Source of the DNA: Promethearchaeota archaeon
GTDB taxonomy: Archaea > Asgardarchaeota > Lokiarchaeia > Sigyniarchaeales > SOKP01
Direction of reading: 5' to 3'
Length of the DNA: 31,005 nucleotides
Assembly: GCA_048940645.1 (NCBI GenBank)
Contig: JBHLOI010000043.1
Coordinates: 1-31,005, forward strand
The translations under genes were made by a program, and so were the position numbers. Position 1 is the stretch's first letter. Each line of letters begins with the position of its first letter. The notes under the pieces are model-generated. The model was not told where the DNA came from, did no database searches, and saw only the letters and a list, made by a program, of their open reading frames with translations. Positions 18,582 to 27,749 of this stretch are shown here, piece by piece.

Positions 18582-19853
18582 ATGAGTGAGTTGAGAACCT
18601 TTTTTGCCTTTGAATTGGAGGATACTGGAAACTATAAAAAGTTAGATTTCCCCGAGAAAGATTTACTAAATCATCTCAGACCAGAACAAGTCCTAGTCCT
18701 TGTTAGAGAAGATTTAAGAAGGATTTTCATTTGGAAAGGAGCAAAATCTCCAGTAAAAATAAGATTTATAAGCTCTAAAATAGCACGAGAAATTCAAGGA
18801 GAATTAATGACAGATTCTCATTTTCATCATTGTAAAATAGTATCTGTTGATCAAGGAGATGAAATTCAAGAATTTCTTGATGCCTTTAATATAGAGTCTA
18901 TGGAAGTAAAAGAAAAATTACCTGATATGAGATATATTCGCAACAGTGAAAAACCCCATTATAAAAAAACTAAAGTTTTTTCCCAATTTCATAATAGATT
19001 CTTACAGGAATTCAGAGACAGAACAGCTAATCTAAATTTAGAGGACCTTCCTGAAGAAAAAGAATTTAGGATTAATGAATACCTTAGCTTAAAATTGATA
19101 AAGGGCCAAACAGTCATATATGTAGATGAGAAACCCTTCCATCAATGCAAATATCTTCTACTAAATCTCACTTATAAGGATTTTTCTAAATTTGACCAAA
19201 TTGATTCGATTGATGAAGCATTTGAAATCTATAATAAAATGGATAAGAATCATGAAAGAGAACATGATTTAATCGATCCTGTTTCTGAGTTTATCGGACA
19301 TTGTTCAAATCTTCAAGCATGGTATGAACATGATTATGATCTCAGAATTCTTCATAGCAGTTTATCAATACCATTATTAAAAAAGCTAGCGTTCTTAGGT
19401 GATAAAAAAGCTATTATTCGATTGAAGGAGAGTATTGCTACACGTTTAGCCTCAAAAAATCACAACACAATAATTTTTTATTTAAATGAACAGTACTTAA
19501 ATTTATTTTCGAGCGAAGAATTAGAAGTAATTTTCGAAGATTGGCTTGAAAGAAACGTGCATTTCACCGTGATGGAAAAAAGAAGACTATGGTATCCATT
19601 GCTCAAGGAATTGATTGAAAGGGGGATTACTAAAGCAAAGAAAATCATCAAGGATGAAACTATTCTCTATCTTAAAGAGGAAAATTTTGATTCTTATCGT
19701 TATTTGTTAAAAAATGATTTCCTTAAACTTCTTGACTTGGAAGATCTTGAAGAGCTTTATGAACTCGTCCCAAAAAAAGATAAAGTTGCTTTACGGCGTA
19801 TTGAAACTCATATTCTTAAAGATACTCTTAGAAAGAGAAGGAATTCAAATTAA
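18582..19853 (+). CDS. gelsolin-like domain fused to Lokiarchaeal 'GHCSNLQAW' domain
   Basis: N-terminal VLVLVREDLRRIFIWKGAKSPV..RFISS..VDQGDE..EFLDAF (gelsolin-type). From ~aa 160: EFRINEYLSLKL..TVIYV..QCKYLLLN..DSIDEA..GHCSNLQAW..RILHSSL..PLLKKL. Confidence 0.78.
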   Translation: MSELRTFFAFELEDTGNYKKLDFPEKDLLNHLRPEQVLVLVREDLRRIFIWKGAKSPVKIRFISSKIAREIQGELMTDSHFHHCKIVSVDQGDEIQEFLDAFNIESMEVKEKLPDMRYIRNSEKPHYKKTKVFSQFHNRFLQEFRDRTANLNLEDLPEEKEFRINEYLSLKLIKGQTVIYVDEKPFHQCKYLLLNLTYKDFSKFDQIDSIDEAFEIYNKMDKNHEREHDLIDPVSEFIGHCSNLQAWYEHDYDLRILHSSLSIPLLKKLAFLGDKKAIIRLKESIATRLASKNHNTIIFYLNEQYLNLFSSEELEVIFEDWLERNVHFTVMEKRRLWYPLLKELIERGITKAKKIIKDETILYLKEENFDSYRYLLKNDFLKLLDLEDLEELYELVPKKDKVALRRIETHILKDTLRKRRNSN

Positions 19854-19934
19854 GATATTTTCATCTTATACTTAAATATTAGAAAAAAAAATATTTTTTA
19901 TATTGTTTTATTAAAACTTGATTGATATTTGGGT

Positions 19935-20246
19935 TTACAAACTTTTTCCTAGTACCTTAATTGCATCTTTCATACCCATTACGGGCTCAATTTTCATTGC
20001 AAAGCCTTCTATTTTCCAAAATGGGGCAATTAACTTTGAAATTTCAAGGAGTGCTTCATCTGCGTTTCCTTTTTCCACCATAATAAGATTATAACCCTTT
20101 ATTCCCCGGTCTCCATCGGGAGTTGCGAAAGTGTGCCATCTTTTTATATAATCTGGGAATTTACCTGCCACCTTTTTAAAAATCTCAAACCATTCTTCTG
20201 TTTTGTTGTATGGTGTCCATTGAATAACCATAAAAATCATTTCCAT
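19935..20246 (-). CDS. small hypothetical protein (probable alpha/beta ferredoxin-like fold)
   Basis: Intact 103-aa ORF with SD GAGGTG just upstream. Start is 20246 or 20240. Confidence 0.75.
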   Translation of the reverse strand: MEMIFMVIQWTPYNKTEEWFEIFKKVAGKFPDYIKRWHTFATPDGDRGIKGYNLIMVEKGNADEALLEISKLIAPFWKIEGFAMKIEPVMGMKDAIKVLGKSL

Positions 20247-20324
20247 TTCACCTCTCTAAATAATTTTATTAAAATCTTCAAAATTTATAGCAATATATAA
20301 TATCCTAAGCACTTATTTAAGTCT

Positions 20325-20768
20325 TTATGTTTCTGATCTCTGTATCTCTCCAGTTTCATGTATAACTGGTGGTGTACAACTAGCCACCATGTGCTTTTGT
20401 TTATCGCTTCGATACACAATTGCCGCTAAAATCCCAAACCCAGCGCTCGAAATCCATAATATCTCACTAATTATGCCCAATATTGATATATCAACACTAA
20501 TCACAATTAAACTTATCATTAAAGAGATAATTCCATAATAAGCAAAAAAAAGCAGTGTTAAGGGGTATTAGATGTTATAATGATTATATAATTTTGAGGT
20601 TCGAACTCCGAAAGAAGCACCGAGAATGCCGGATATCAACAATATTGAAAAAAATATTCCGAGTGGAATAAGATCAATGTTCGATGGATTTGGACTTAAA
20701 ATAAACGAACTAATGATTAACCCAAGACTCAGAGCTCCCATTAAACTTGTTAGGTGTGAACGCTTCAA
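20325..20768 (-). pseudogene. GTPase-free paralog of the 4-TM module of 12748..13698, interrupted by one in-frame TAA
   Basis: ORFs 20568..20768 and 20325..20519 are in the same frame. NHYNI*YPLT aligns with YHYYIYYPLT (TAC->TAA). Similarity ends just before the GTPase domain. Confidence 0.8.
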
Positions 20769-20803
20769 TTTGATTGCCTATCCTATTTATCTAATTTTTA
20801 AGG

Positions 20804-21805
20804 TTAGTAAGGTATATACTCCTTTTCATAATAATCTTGTAATTTTTTTAAAAGAATCGCACGAGCATCATCTTGGTTAATATATGAATAAAGTTCTTTA
20901 TCAGAAGCCACGTCATGAATAGCATACCTTTTTAAATAATTAAGCAGAACTTTTCTATTTTGTTCATCCTTTAACTTTTGGAGCAGCTTCTCATCTGTAA
21001 GATCTTTATATAGGATCAAAAACATTTTTTTTAAACCATCCAATTCTCCTCCCATAGCATTTTTAACCCAGCTATTAATTATATCCACAAGCTCTTTCCG
21101 TTTATCTGGTAATTCGATAAGTTGGAGTAATTGTTGTTCTGATGCAATCTTATAGATTTTGTTGTCTTTGAGTTGTCTGAGAAGCAACGCTCTCTTCTTT
21201 GCATTTCTAAGCATTTCAATTAACCTTTTATCATGCATATCTTTTAAAATCAATATAGCATATTCTTTCTTATCAATACTCCTGGGTTCTACGATCTTAT
21301 AAAGATTATATGTTGAATTTAATACGCGAATAAAAGAATAATAATCTTTCTCTTCAAGTACAGCATGAAAATAGGCTCTACTCCCAGTTAATTGCTCATA
21401 AGCCAGTAGCGCTAACATCATCATCTTTTCTTCATTTGAACTTTTAGACAATGCTGATATTAATCGGGATATGTGATTCCCTAAGTGGTCATGCTCCTCA
21501 GGGCCAGTAAAATTAGTCACAAGGATAGAAATTATCCGTAAATATCTTGCTAGATCTACCTTAGTTTCTATACTATAGAGTTCCATAAAATATCTTGGAA
21601 TTATATTGTCTCCAATTTTATAGGGTACGGGTAACTTCTTCTCATTTTCCGTAAAAAATGAATTCTCTTTGTATGTCACTCGACCTTTTCCCAGTATGGT
21701 ATAATCCACAGCAACGTCGGTGCCAGTTTTTAATACATAACTTAAACCATGGGCAAACTTGGCTATAATCTCTGGTTTAAGATCGCTACCTTTATATAAA
21801 CTCAT
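20804..21805 (-). CDS. hypothetical protein with a tandem C-terminal helical repeat
   Basis: Intact 333-aa ORF. Two ~60-aa segments align without gaps (KDxxDxxL..R..LL..LK...I...AS...L...I...D.R). Confidence 0.8.
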   Translation of the reverse strand: MSLYKGSDLKPEIIAKFAHGLSYVLKTGTDVAVDYTILGKGRVTYKENSFFTENEKKLPVPYKIGDNIIPRYFMELYSIETKVDLARYLRIISILVTNFTGPEEHDHLGNHISRLISALSKSSNEEKMMMLALLAYEQLTGSRAYFHAVLEEKDYYSFIRVLNSTYNLYKIVEPRSIDKKEYAILILKDMHDKRLIEMLRNAKKRALLLRQLKDNKIYKIASEQQLLQLIELPDKRKELVDIINSWVKNAMGGELDGLKKMFLILYKDLTDEKLLQKLKDEQNRKVLLNYLKRYAIHDVASDKELYSYINQDDARAILLKKLQDYYEKEYIPY

Positions 21806-21970
21806 AGTAAACCAATGTTTGCCTATTTTTTAAAATTTATTTAATTTAAAAAGAATTAAATCTCCAGAAATCCAAAAACTATAATATGATGAACTTTATT
21901 ATACTATGAATTAAAAACCAGTTATACGATAAAAAAATTTTAACAAAAATTTACATTTAGAGTTGATATT

Positions 21971-23920
21971 ATGAGATTTGAGGAAATAGATGAAGATCAA
22001 TCGGAAGAGGAAAGGTTAGAAAAAGAACTACTTGAAAGAGAAGCCCTCGAAAAAGAAAGGCTTGAAAAAGAAAGAATCGAAAAGGAAAGACTAGAAAGGG
22101 AAAGACTCGAAAAAGAGAGATTTGAAAAATTGAAAATGGAAAGCAAATTATATCCCAATAACTCGCTGTTTATGATCCCAAGTTGGAGTGATTTATTAGG
22201 GTATCCCTCATTAGGAACCTATGTCCATCATCCCGTCTCAAAAATAGAGACGGACAGCGTTATATTTTTTAGTGGTTATGATTATTCAATTGAAACTAAT
22301 AAAGGAACTCTTCATTACTTATTTGGCCTTGGGTATTATTTCCTTAAATTTGAATTGGAATCCGGCAAGTATATAACCGATAATAGAATCCTCACAGGAT
22401 TAGTGTTATCAGACTTTGTTTATGATCTAATGGCTACTTCAACAAATATCACTTTAGAAGAGGATCGCGACGTAATTATCGCAGAAAAAGTGATAAAAGT
22501 CCCTATTGATTTGTCTTATAAATCAGAGGATCACTTAACCTTTATCAAGGGTGCATTGATGCGAAATATGTTCATACCTCATAAAGATATCTTTTTAGAG
22601 ATGCTGGAACGAATACGTAAGGAGGATTCATATCCCATCTCAAGTGAGGGCCATAAGATTCTAAGTTCACATTGGGACTTTTATAACCAAATTTTGGTTT
22701 CTGAGAAAATGAGAGCTATCGCTGATTCATCTTACCTCAATCCAACAGCAGGATTAGAAGGGATAACCTTCGCGGCAGATACGCTTTTAGAGGGAACCAT
22801 CTCTCAAATAAATCTCAGCATTATTGAAGATAATATTAAAACCTTGAAAATGATTTATTCTAATCTTGAATTTGATCCCATGTATCTATTCTCGATAATA
22901 GAACAAGCGGGTTTAATTTTAAGATCGGATCTACCACCAATCTCTTCACAGCGAGACTCAAGTACATCGAAAGCGTCATTGTTCGTTTCAGCCGAAGATC
23001 GCCTTTATTCATTTATCAGTTGGCCAATACAATTTAAAAGAAAAGCAAAAGAACCTTTTGTATCACCTAGCATCGTAGAACAACCCATTATTCCTGAAAA
23101 AATTGAAATTCCAAGTTCCGATTTTAGAACCCCGGAAATACGAGAAATTGAACTAGAGCCATTTAAATTGGACACTTTAAAATCTGAAACTGTCGAATTT
23201 AAACCATTACCTCCTCCGCCTAAAGCAGATATTAACCAAATCCTTCTCTATTTAAAAAAAGTAATCGAAGAAAATTATGAAATGCGATCTATTGGACAAG
23301 CTTTTGAAATCGCGAGAGAAAGTGCACGACAAATGGGTGTGAGCGCAACCACATTACACCAGAAAAAAGTGTGGGAAATGAGTAAATATGCCAATATTTA
23401 CATTAAAAAAGAATCAGGCTTCGGATTATCAGAAAAAGAAAAAGGGGATTTAACTCGAAAAATCGATGAATGGATTTTTGAGATTGCGGAAAGGGAAAGA
23501 TTGGAAAAAGAACGACTAGAAAGAGCGCGTCTAGAGAAAGAAAGGCTAGAAAGATTAGAGCGAGAAAGAAAAGAGAGAGAAAGGCTAGAGAAGGAGAGGA
23601 AAGAACGTGAGCGGCTGGAGCAAATTCGCATCGAAAAAGAACGATTAGCCCAAGAACAATTAGAAAAAGAAAAATTAGAAAAAATAGAAAGAGAGAAGCA
23701 AGAAGTTCTAAGATTAGAGAGAGAACGAATAGAAAAGGAACAACAAGAACTAGAAGCAATTGAAAGAGAAAAACAGGAACTAAAAAGACTGAAACTAGAA
23801 AGAAAACAAAAAGAAAAAGCAGCAAAACAAGAAGCAAAAAAACGAAAAAAGTTAGAAAAACAAAAGAAAAAACTAGAAAAAAAGAAGTTAAAGGAACAAG
23901 AAAAGTTGGGAAACCTCTGA
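21971..23920 (+). CDS. hypothetical protein with N- and C-terminal E/K/R-rich (LEKER)n helical repeats
   Basis: Pentapeptide (L/I)E(K/R)ER repeats at both ends, a globular centre, a Pro-rich linker and a Lys-rich tail. Confidence 0.85.
   Translation: MRFEEIDEDQSEEERLEKELLEREALEKERLEKERIEKERLERERLEKERFEKLKMESKLYPNNSLFMIPSWSDLLGYPSLGTYVHHPVSKIETDSVIFFSGYDYSIETNKGTLHYLFGLGYYFLKFELESGKYITDNRILTGLVLSDFVYDLMATSTNITLEEDRDVIIAEKVIKVPIDLSYKSEDHLTFIKGALMRNMFIPHKDIFLEMLERIRKEDSYPISSEGHKILSSHWDFYNQILVSEKMRAIADSSYLNPTAGLEGITFAADTLLEGTISQINLSIIEDNIKTLKMIYSNLEFDPMYLFSIIEQAGLILRSDLPPISSQRDSSTSKASLFVSAEDRLYSFISWPIQFKRKAKEPFVSPSIVEQPIIPEKIEIPSSDFRTPEIREIELEPFKLDTLKSETVEFKPLPPPPKADINQILLYLKKVIEENYEMRSIGQAFEIARESARQMGVSATTLHQKKVWEMSKYANIYIKKESGFGLSEKEKGDLTRKIDEWIFEIAERERLEKERLERARLEKERLERLERERKERERLEKERKERERLEQIRIEKERLAQEQLEKEKLEKIEREKQEVLRLERERIEKEQQELEAIEREKQELKRLKLERKQKEKAAKQEAKKRKKLEKQKKKLEKKKLKEQEKLGNL
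22010..22135 (+). repeat. coding 15-bp/5-aa degenerate tandem repeat (LEKER)
   Basis: ERLEKELLEREALEKERLEKERIEKERLERERLEKERFEK. Confidence 0.8.
23485..23800 (+). repeat. coding degenerate tandem repeat (LEKER/RKERE)
   Basis: ERERLEKERLERARLEKERLERLERERKERERLEKERKERERLEQ... Confidence 0.8.
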
Positions 23921-24296
23921 TTAGGAATTTAAAATATGGAATGACTAATCATGCCAAACAATTCTCTTTTCGGATATCAACTTAATTTAAAACCTTATAA
24001 TCTTTTTTATTTAAACTTGAACTTATTATTTAGATCTTTGTAAAACCACTTATTACCAAATTACACAGAGTGACATTTTAGATATGGGGATAAGTAAAAT
24101 ATTAATTGGGTTATTAGCTATACAATTTTATTAAAATACATCGTTTCCACAAATTGGACAGTACTTTTGCCCTTTAGGTAATTTATTCGACATCGCGGAC
24201 AATATCATCTCATTCGAGTATTATTTATGATAAGTAGTCTATTAAAACCTATAACAAGAATAAAAATTATAATGTCAGCTATATAGGATAAAAACA

Positions 24297-26138
24297 TTAT
24301 TTTATTTTTCCAAAAAATTTTTGAACTAAAAAACTTAAGTCTTTCCAATTATCAAGATCAGTAGAACTTTCTTCTATATTATTGATAAGATCTTTATAAT
24401 TTATATCAAATTCTTGAATTAATGCCTTCAATTTTCTTTCAAATATAAATATATTTTCTTTTACAATCAGCACAAAGACGACATCTTTTGTATAATTTAA
24501 ATTAAATATTATTACTCGATCACCATGATCTATTGATCTAATTTGAGTTTCACCCTTAAGAATTGCTTTTAAAATGGTCATTAATCCAATTATTCCCCCA
24601 GAAATTAAAGAAGAATCACTATTTCTTTCCAATTTATTAAAAGTACAATCAAATAAAGGTAACCCAGACTTATAAATTATATAAAGATGGATTAGGTCAT
24701 CTCTCCATTCTTTTAATGGTAAATGAATTTTAAATGTAGAATAATTTTCATTATCTCCTGAGTCTATAAGAATTTGACCATTATGTAAATCCACAATTTG
24801 TTTAGAAAAGGAAAGTTCTTGAAATATATCATTTTCATTATATTGGCATAATTGACCTCTTATCTCTATTTCTCCAAAATCATTCACTTTTTTTAGATTA
24901 ATTAAAATATTTTGATTATTAGTATTCCTTCCTATATAGGAAATTATTTCTTTAATTACCTGTTTAATTCTTATCTTATCTAATTCAGAATATAAATCTT
25001 CAGAAAATTTTCTATTAGTTTTTATCTTCTGTAACTGTACTTTATCATTTACTGAATCAAGTAATTCCATTATTACCTCAACTAAACTTTCAATTTGTTT
25101 GTTTAATATTAATTTATCAGATTCTATTTTAGAAATGTTTACTATTTTTCCAACTAAATCTAATGATTTTTCTCCCTCATTTTTAATCAATTCTAAGAGT
25201 TTTATCGCATCCAAATCTAATTTATCCTTATAAGAATTTAAAAGGATATCAGTAGCGTTTGACAACACATTCAGGGGATTTCTTAATTGTTCTGAAGCTT
25301 TAGTGGTCATACTTTTTTTTATGTTATCGAAATCCTTAAGTCTTTTATTTTCTTCTCTAACGATTCTTTCTGCGAGTATTCTTTCAGTAATATCCTGAAA
25401 CATAACTTGTACAAATTTGCTGTCTCCAATTTCAACATTAGAGAAAAATGCTTCTAACCAAGATTTACTATTATTTTTATTTATAATTTCAAACTCTCTA
25501 ATTTCACTCAAACCAAAATCAAGAACATTTTGAAATATTTCTTCTAAAGAATCCATTTGTTTTTCATTTATTTGTAAAATATCAAATAAATACATATCTT
25601 TTAAACCACTCTTATTTCTATTTAGATATAACTCAGCAGAACTATTACAATCATATATTCGTTTTCTAGAATCCAATAAAATTATTGAATATGGAAAATT
25701 TTCGACCAAATTTCGAAATTTTTCTTCTGATTCTTTTAAAGTAATTTCTTTTTTTTTCCATTCAGATATATCTCTTCCAATTTTAACAATTTGTTCTATA
25801 TCACCTCTCTCATTCTTAATTGGATAGGCTTGTATCTCTAAATGTATTATATTCTCATTAACATAATGGTTGTGAATAGAATTACTGAATTTCCCAGTTT
25901 TTAAAACCTCTTCAACAGGGCATTTATATTCTGGTGATTTGCAAACTTTATTTCTTTCATGAGTTACTTTATAACATTTATTTCCTATGATTTGCTCTCT
26001 ATTAACACTATATTTTAAGCAAAAAGATTTATTCACACCTTTTATTGTAAAATCTTTGTCTAAAATCATTATTTCATCATATATAGAATCTAGAATAGTT
26101 TTAATGAGTTTATTTTCTTGTTCTATATTAAATTCCAT
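24297..26138 (-). CDS. PAS-PAS pseudo-histidine kinase with C-terminal longin-like domain
   Basis: Two PAS domains. H-box SEQLRNPL has no His, and the ATPase domain lacks N/G1/G2 boxes. C-terminal LIHLYIIYKSGLPLF..DSSLISGGIIGL..IRSIDHGD..FVLIVKE. SD AGGTGA precedes ATG 26138. Confidence 0.82.
   Translation of the reverse strand: MEFNIEQENKLIKTILDSIYDEIMILDKDFTIKGVNKSFCLKYSVNREQIIGNKCYKVTHERNKVCKSPEYKCPVEEVLKTGKFSNSIHNHYVNENIIHLEIQAYPIKNERGDIEQIVKIGRDISEWKKKEITLKESEEKFRNLVENFPYSIILLDSRKRIYDCNSSAELYLNRNKSGLKDMYLFDILQINEKQMDSLEEIFQNVLDFGLSEIREFEIINKNNSKSWLEAFFSNVEIGDSKFVQVMFQDITERILAERIVREENKRLKDFDNIKKSMTTKASEQLRNPLNVLSNATDILLNSYKDKLDLDAIKLLELIKNEGEKSLDLVGKIVNISKIESDKLILNKQIESLVEVIMELLDSVNDKVQLQKIKTNRKFSEDLYSELDKIRIKQVIKEIISYIGRNTNNQNILINLKKVNDFGEIEIRGQLCQYNENDIFQELSFSKQIVDLHNGQILIDSGDNENYSTFKIHLPLKEWRDDLIHLYIIYKSGLPLFDCTFNKLERNSDSSLISGGIIGLMTILKAILKGETQIRSIDHGDRVIIFNLNYTKDVVFVLIVKENIFIFERKLKALIQEFDINYKDLINNIEESSTDLDNWKDLSFLVQKFFGKIK
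25767..26078 (-). repeat. duplicated PAS-coding segment, copy A
   Basis: 87/104 aa identical, ungapped, to 27340..27651 (manual count). Confidence 0.9.
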
Positions 26139-26157
26139 GTAAATATCACCTGAAAAA

Positions 26158-27714
26158 TTAAACTGTGACTTTTTTAGCATTATTTTTTGTTCCATCACAT
26201 ATTTCGGGATATAACATTTCAAATAAAATGATAAAATTGCTACCCTTAGTATAATCATCCTTAACTTTATTTTCGACCCAGATTTTCCCATTATAGCTTT
26301 CTATTATCTTTTTTACAAGTGATAATCCTATTCCTAAACTTCTAATTGAATTATTTTTATTTTTATGGCCTCGTTTGAAAGCTATTTCCTTAAATTGATC
26401 TGGAATTCCTCTCCCATTATCAATAAATTCCATTTTAAGATACTCTTTACCATCTTTATGTTCTCTTGATATTTTGATTGATATCTCAATTATAGAATTA
26501 TCATTATGTCTTATAGCATTCAATAAAATATTTTCAAATAAATCAATTAAGAGATTGTTTGCTTTAATGTAAAATGTTTCATTTGGGGGTTCTATTTGTA
26601 TGATAATTTTTTTTCCTTGGAAACTTTTGATAATATATTCAATTGATTGTCTTAAAACGCCATAAACTTCTATTGGTGTAAAATTACTTTTATCATCTTC
26701 AATTTCAGAAAGTGTTCTAACATTTGATATCAAATTCTCGGCTCTTTTAATTTGCTCTTTAGCAATCTCGAACAATTTTTCTACATGTTCACTTTTCGTA
26801 GGTTTTTTTTGATATAATGGTAATAGCTCTATAAATGACAAAAAAAATTGTAAAATATTGTTAATATCATGAGTAAAAATATCCTTATACAAATTAGCTC
26901 GATTATAAGCGCTCCGATATCGTTTTTCTGATTCTTTCAAGATAAGTTCTGCTTTTTTACGTTCAGATACATCCCTTATTATATCAATTACTGCTGGTTG
27001 ACCCTTAAAATTTAGAATAGGTGTGCAACTATATTCAAAATGTTTTTTTTCAGTCTTACTTGAATTAAAATAAATTAATTCATATCTTTTATGTGCATTA
27101 TAATTATCTGATAATTTGTTAAATGAACAATGCTCGCATATCTCTTCATTATTTGTTAAAACTTTATAGCATTCTTTTCCAATTTGGTAACTTCCAAACA
27201 TTTTTTCTGCTTTTTTGTTCATATAAAAAATTTTCAAATCTTTTGAAATAACTACAATTGAATCATTTGTATTTGATAGTATTAAATTCAATTCTTTTTC
27301 AGATTCCTTGATTTCTTGTTCAATTTTCATTCGTTTAGTGATATCCCTTCCAATTTTAACGATTTGTTCTATACTACCTCTCTCATTCTTAATCGGATAG
27401 GCTAATATCTCTAAATATATTATGTCCTCATAAATATGATGATTGTGAATAGAATTACTGAATTTTCCAGTTTTTAAAACCTCTTCAACCGGACATTCAC
27501 ATTCTGGTGATTTACAGACGTTATTTCTCTTATGAGTTACTTTATAACATTTATTTCCTATGATTTGCTCTTTATTAACACCATATTTTAAGCAAACAGT
27601 TTTGTTCACATCTTTTATTGTAAAATCTTTATTTAAGATCATTATTTCATCAGATATGGAATCAAATATTGATCTTAAGTTCTGCTCTTGCTGACTTTTT
27701 TGTTTTTTTCTCAT
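26158..27714 (-). CDS. PAS-PAS sensor histidine kinase
   Basis: Two Cys-containing PAS domains. H-box FTHDINNILQ, N-box ENILLNAIRHN, G1 DNGRGI, G2 LGIGLSLVKKI, and GSNF. Confidence 0.93.
   Translation of the reverse strand: MRKKQKSQQEQNLRSIFDSISDEIMILNKDFTIKDVNKTVCLKYGVNKEQIIGNKCYKVTHKRNNVCKSPECECPVEEVLKTGKFSNSIHNHHIYEDIIYLEILAYPIKNERGSIEQIVKIGRDITKRMKIEQEIKESEKELNLILSNTNDSIVVISKDLKIFYMNKKAEKMFGSYQIGKECYKVLTNNEEICEHCSFNKLSDNYNAHKRYELIYFNSSKTEKKHFEYSCTPILNFKGQPAVIDIIRDVSERKKAELILKESEKRYRSAYNRANLYKDIFTHDINNILQFFLSFIELLPLYQKKPTKSEHVEKLFEIAKEQIKRAENLISNVRTLSEIEDDKSNFTPIEVYGVLRQSIEYIIKSFQGKKIIIQIEPPNETFYIKANNLLIDLFENILLNAIRHNDNSIIEISIKISREHKDGKEYLKMEFIDNGRGIPDQFKEIAFKRGHKNKNNSIRSLGIGLSLVKKIIESYNGKIWVENKVKDDYTKGSNFIILFEMLYPEICDGTKNNAKKVTV
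27340..27651 (-). repeat. duplicated PAS-coding segment, copy B
   Basis: Paralogous to 25767..26078. Confidence 0.9.
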
Positions 27715-27749
27715 ATTCTCACTATTTAATTTATTTTTATTCTTATAGG

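Noticed and set aside
20568-20570. Programmed readthrough (Sec/Pyl) of the internal stop
   Set aside because: The stop is TAA and aligns to Tyr (TAC) in the paralog, so a point mutation or sequencing error is simpler.
21971-23920. CRISPR array or non-coding tandem repeat
   Set aside because: The repeats are degenerate, in-frame and lack spacers.
26139-26291. Extended N-terminus of the pseudokinase (start 26291)
   Set aside because: It overlaps the upstream kinase. ATG 26138 has an SD and aligns with the start region of the paralogous PAS.
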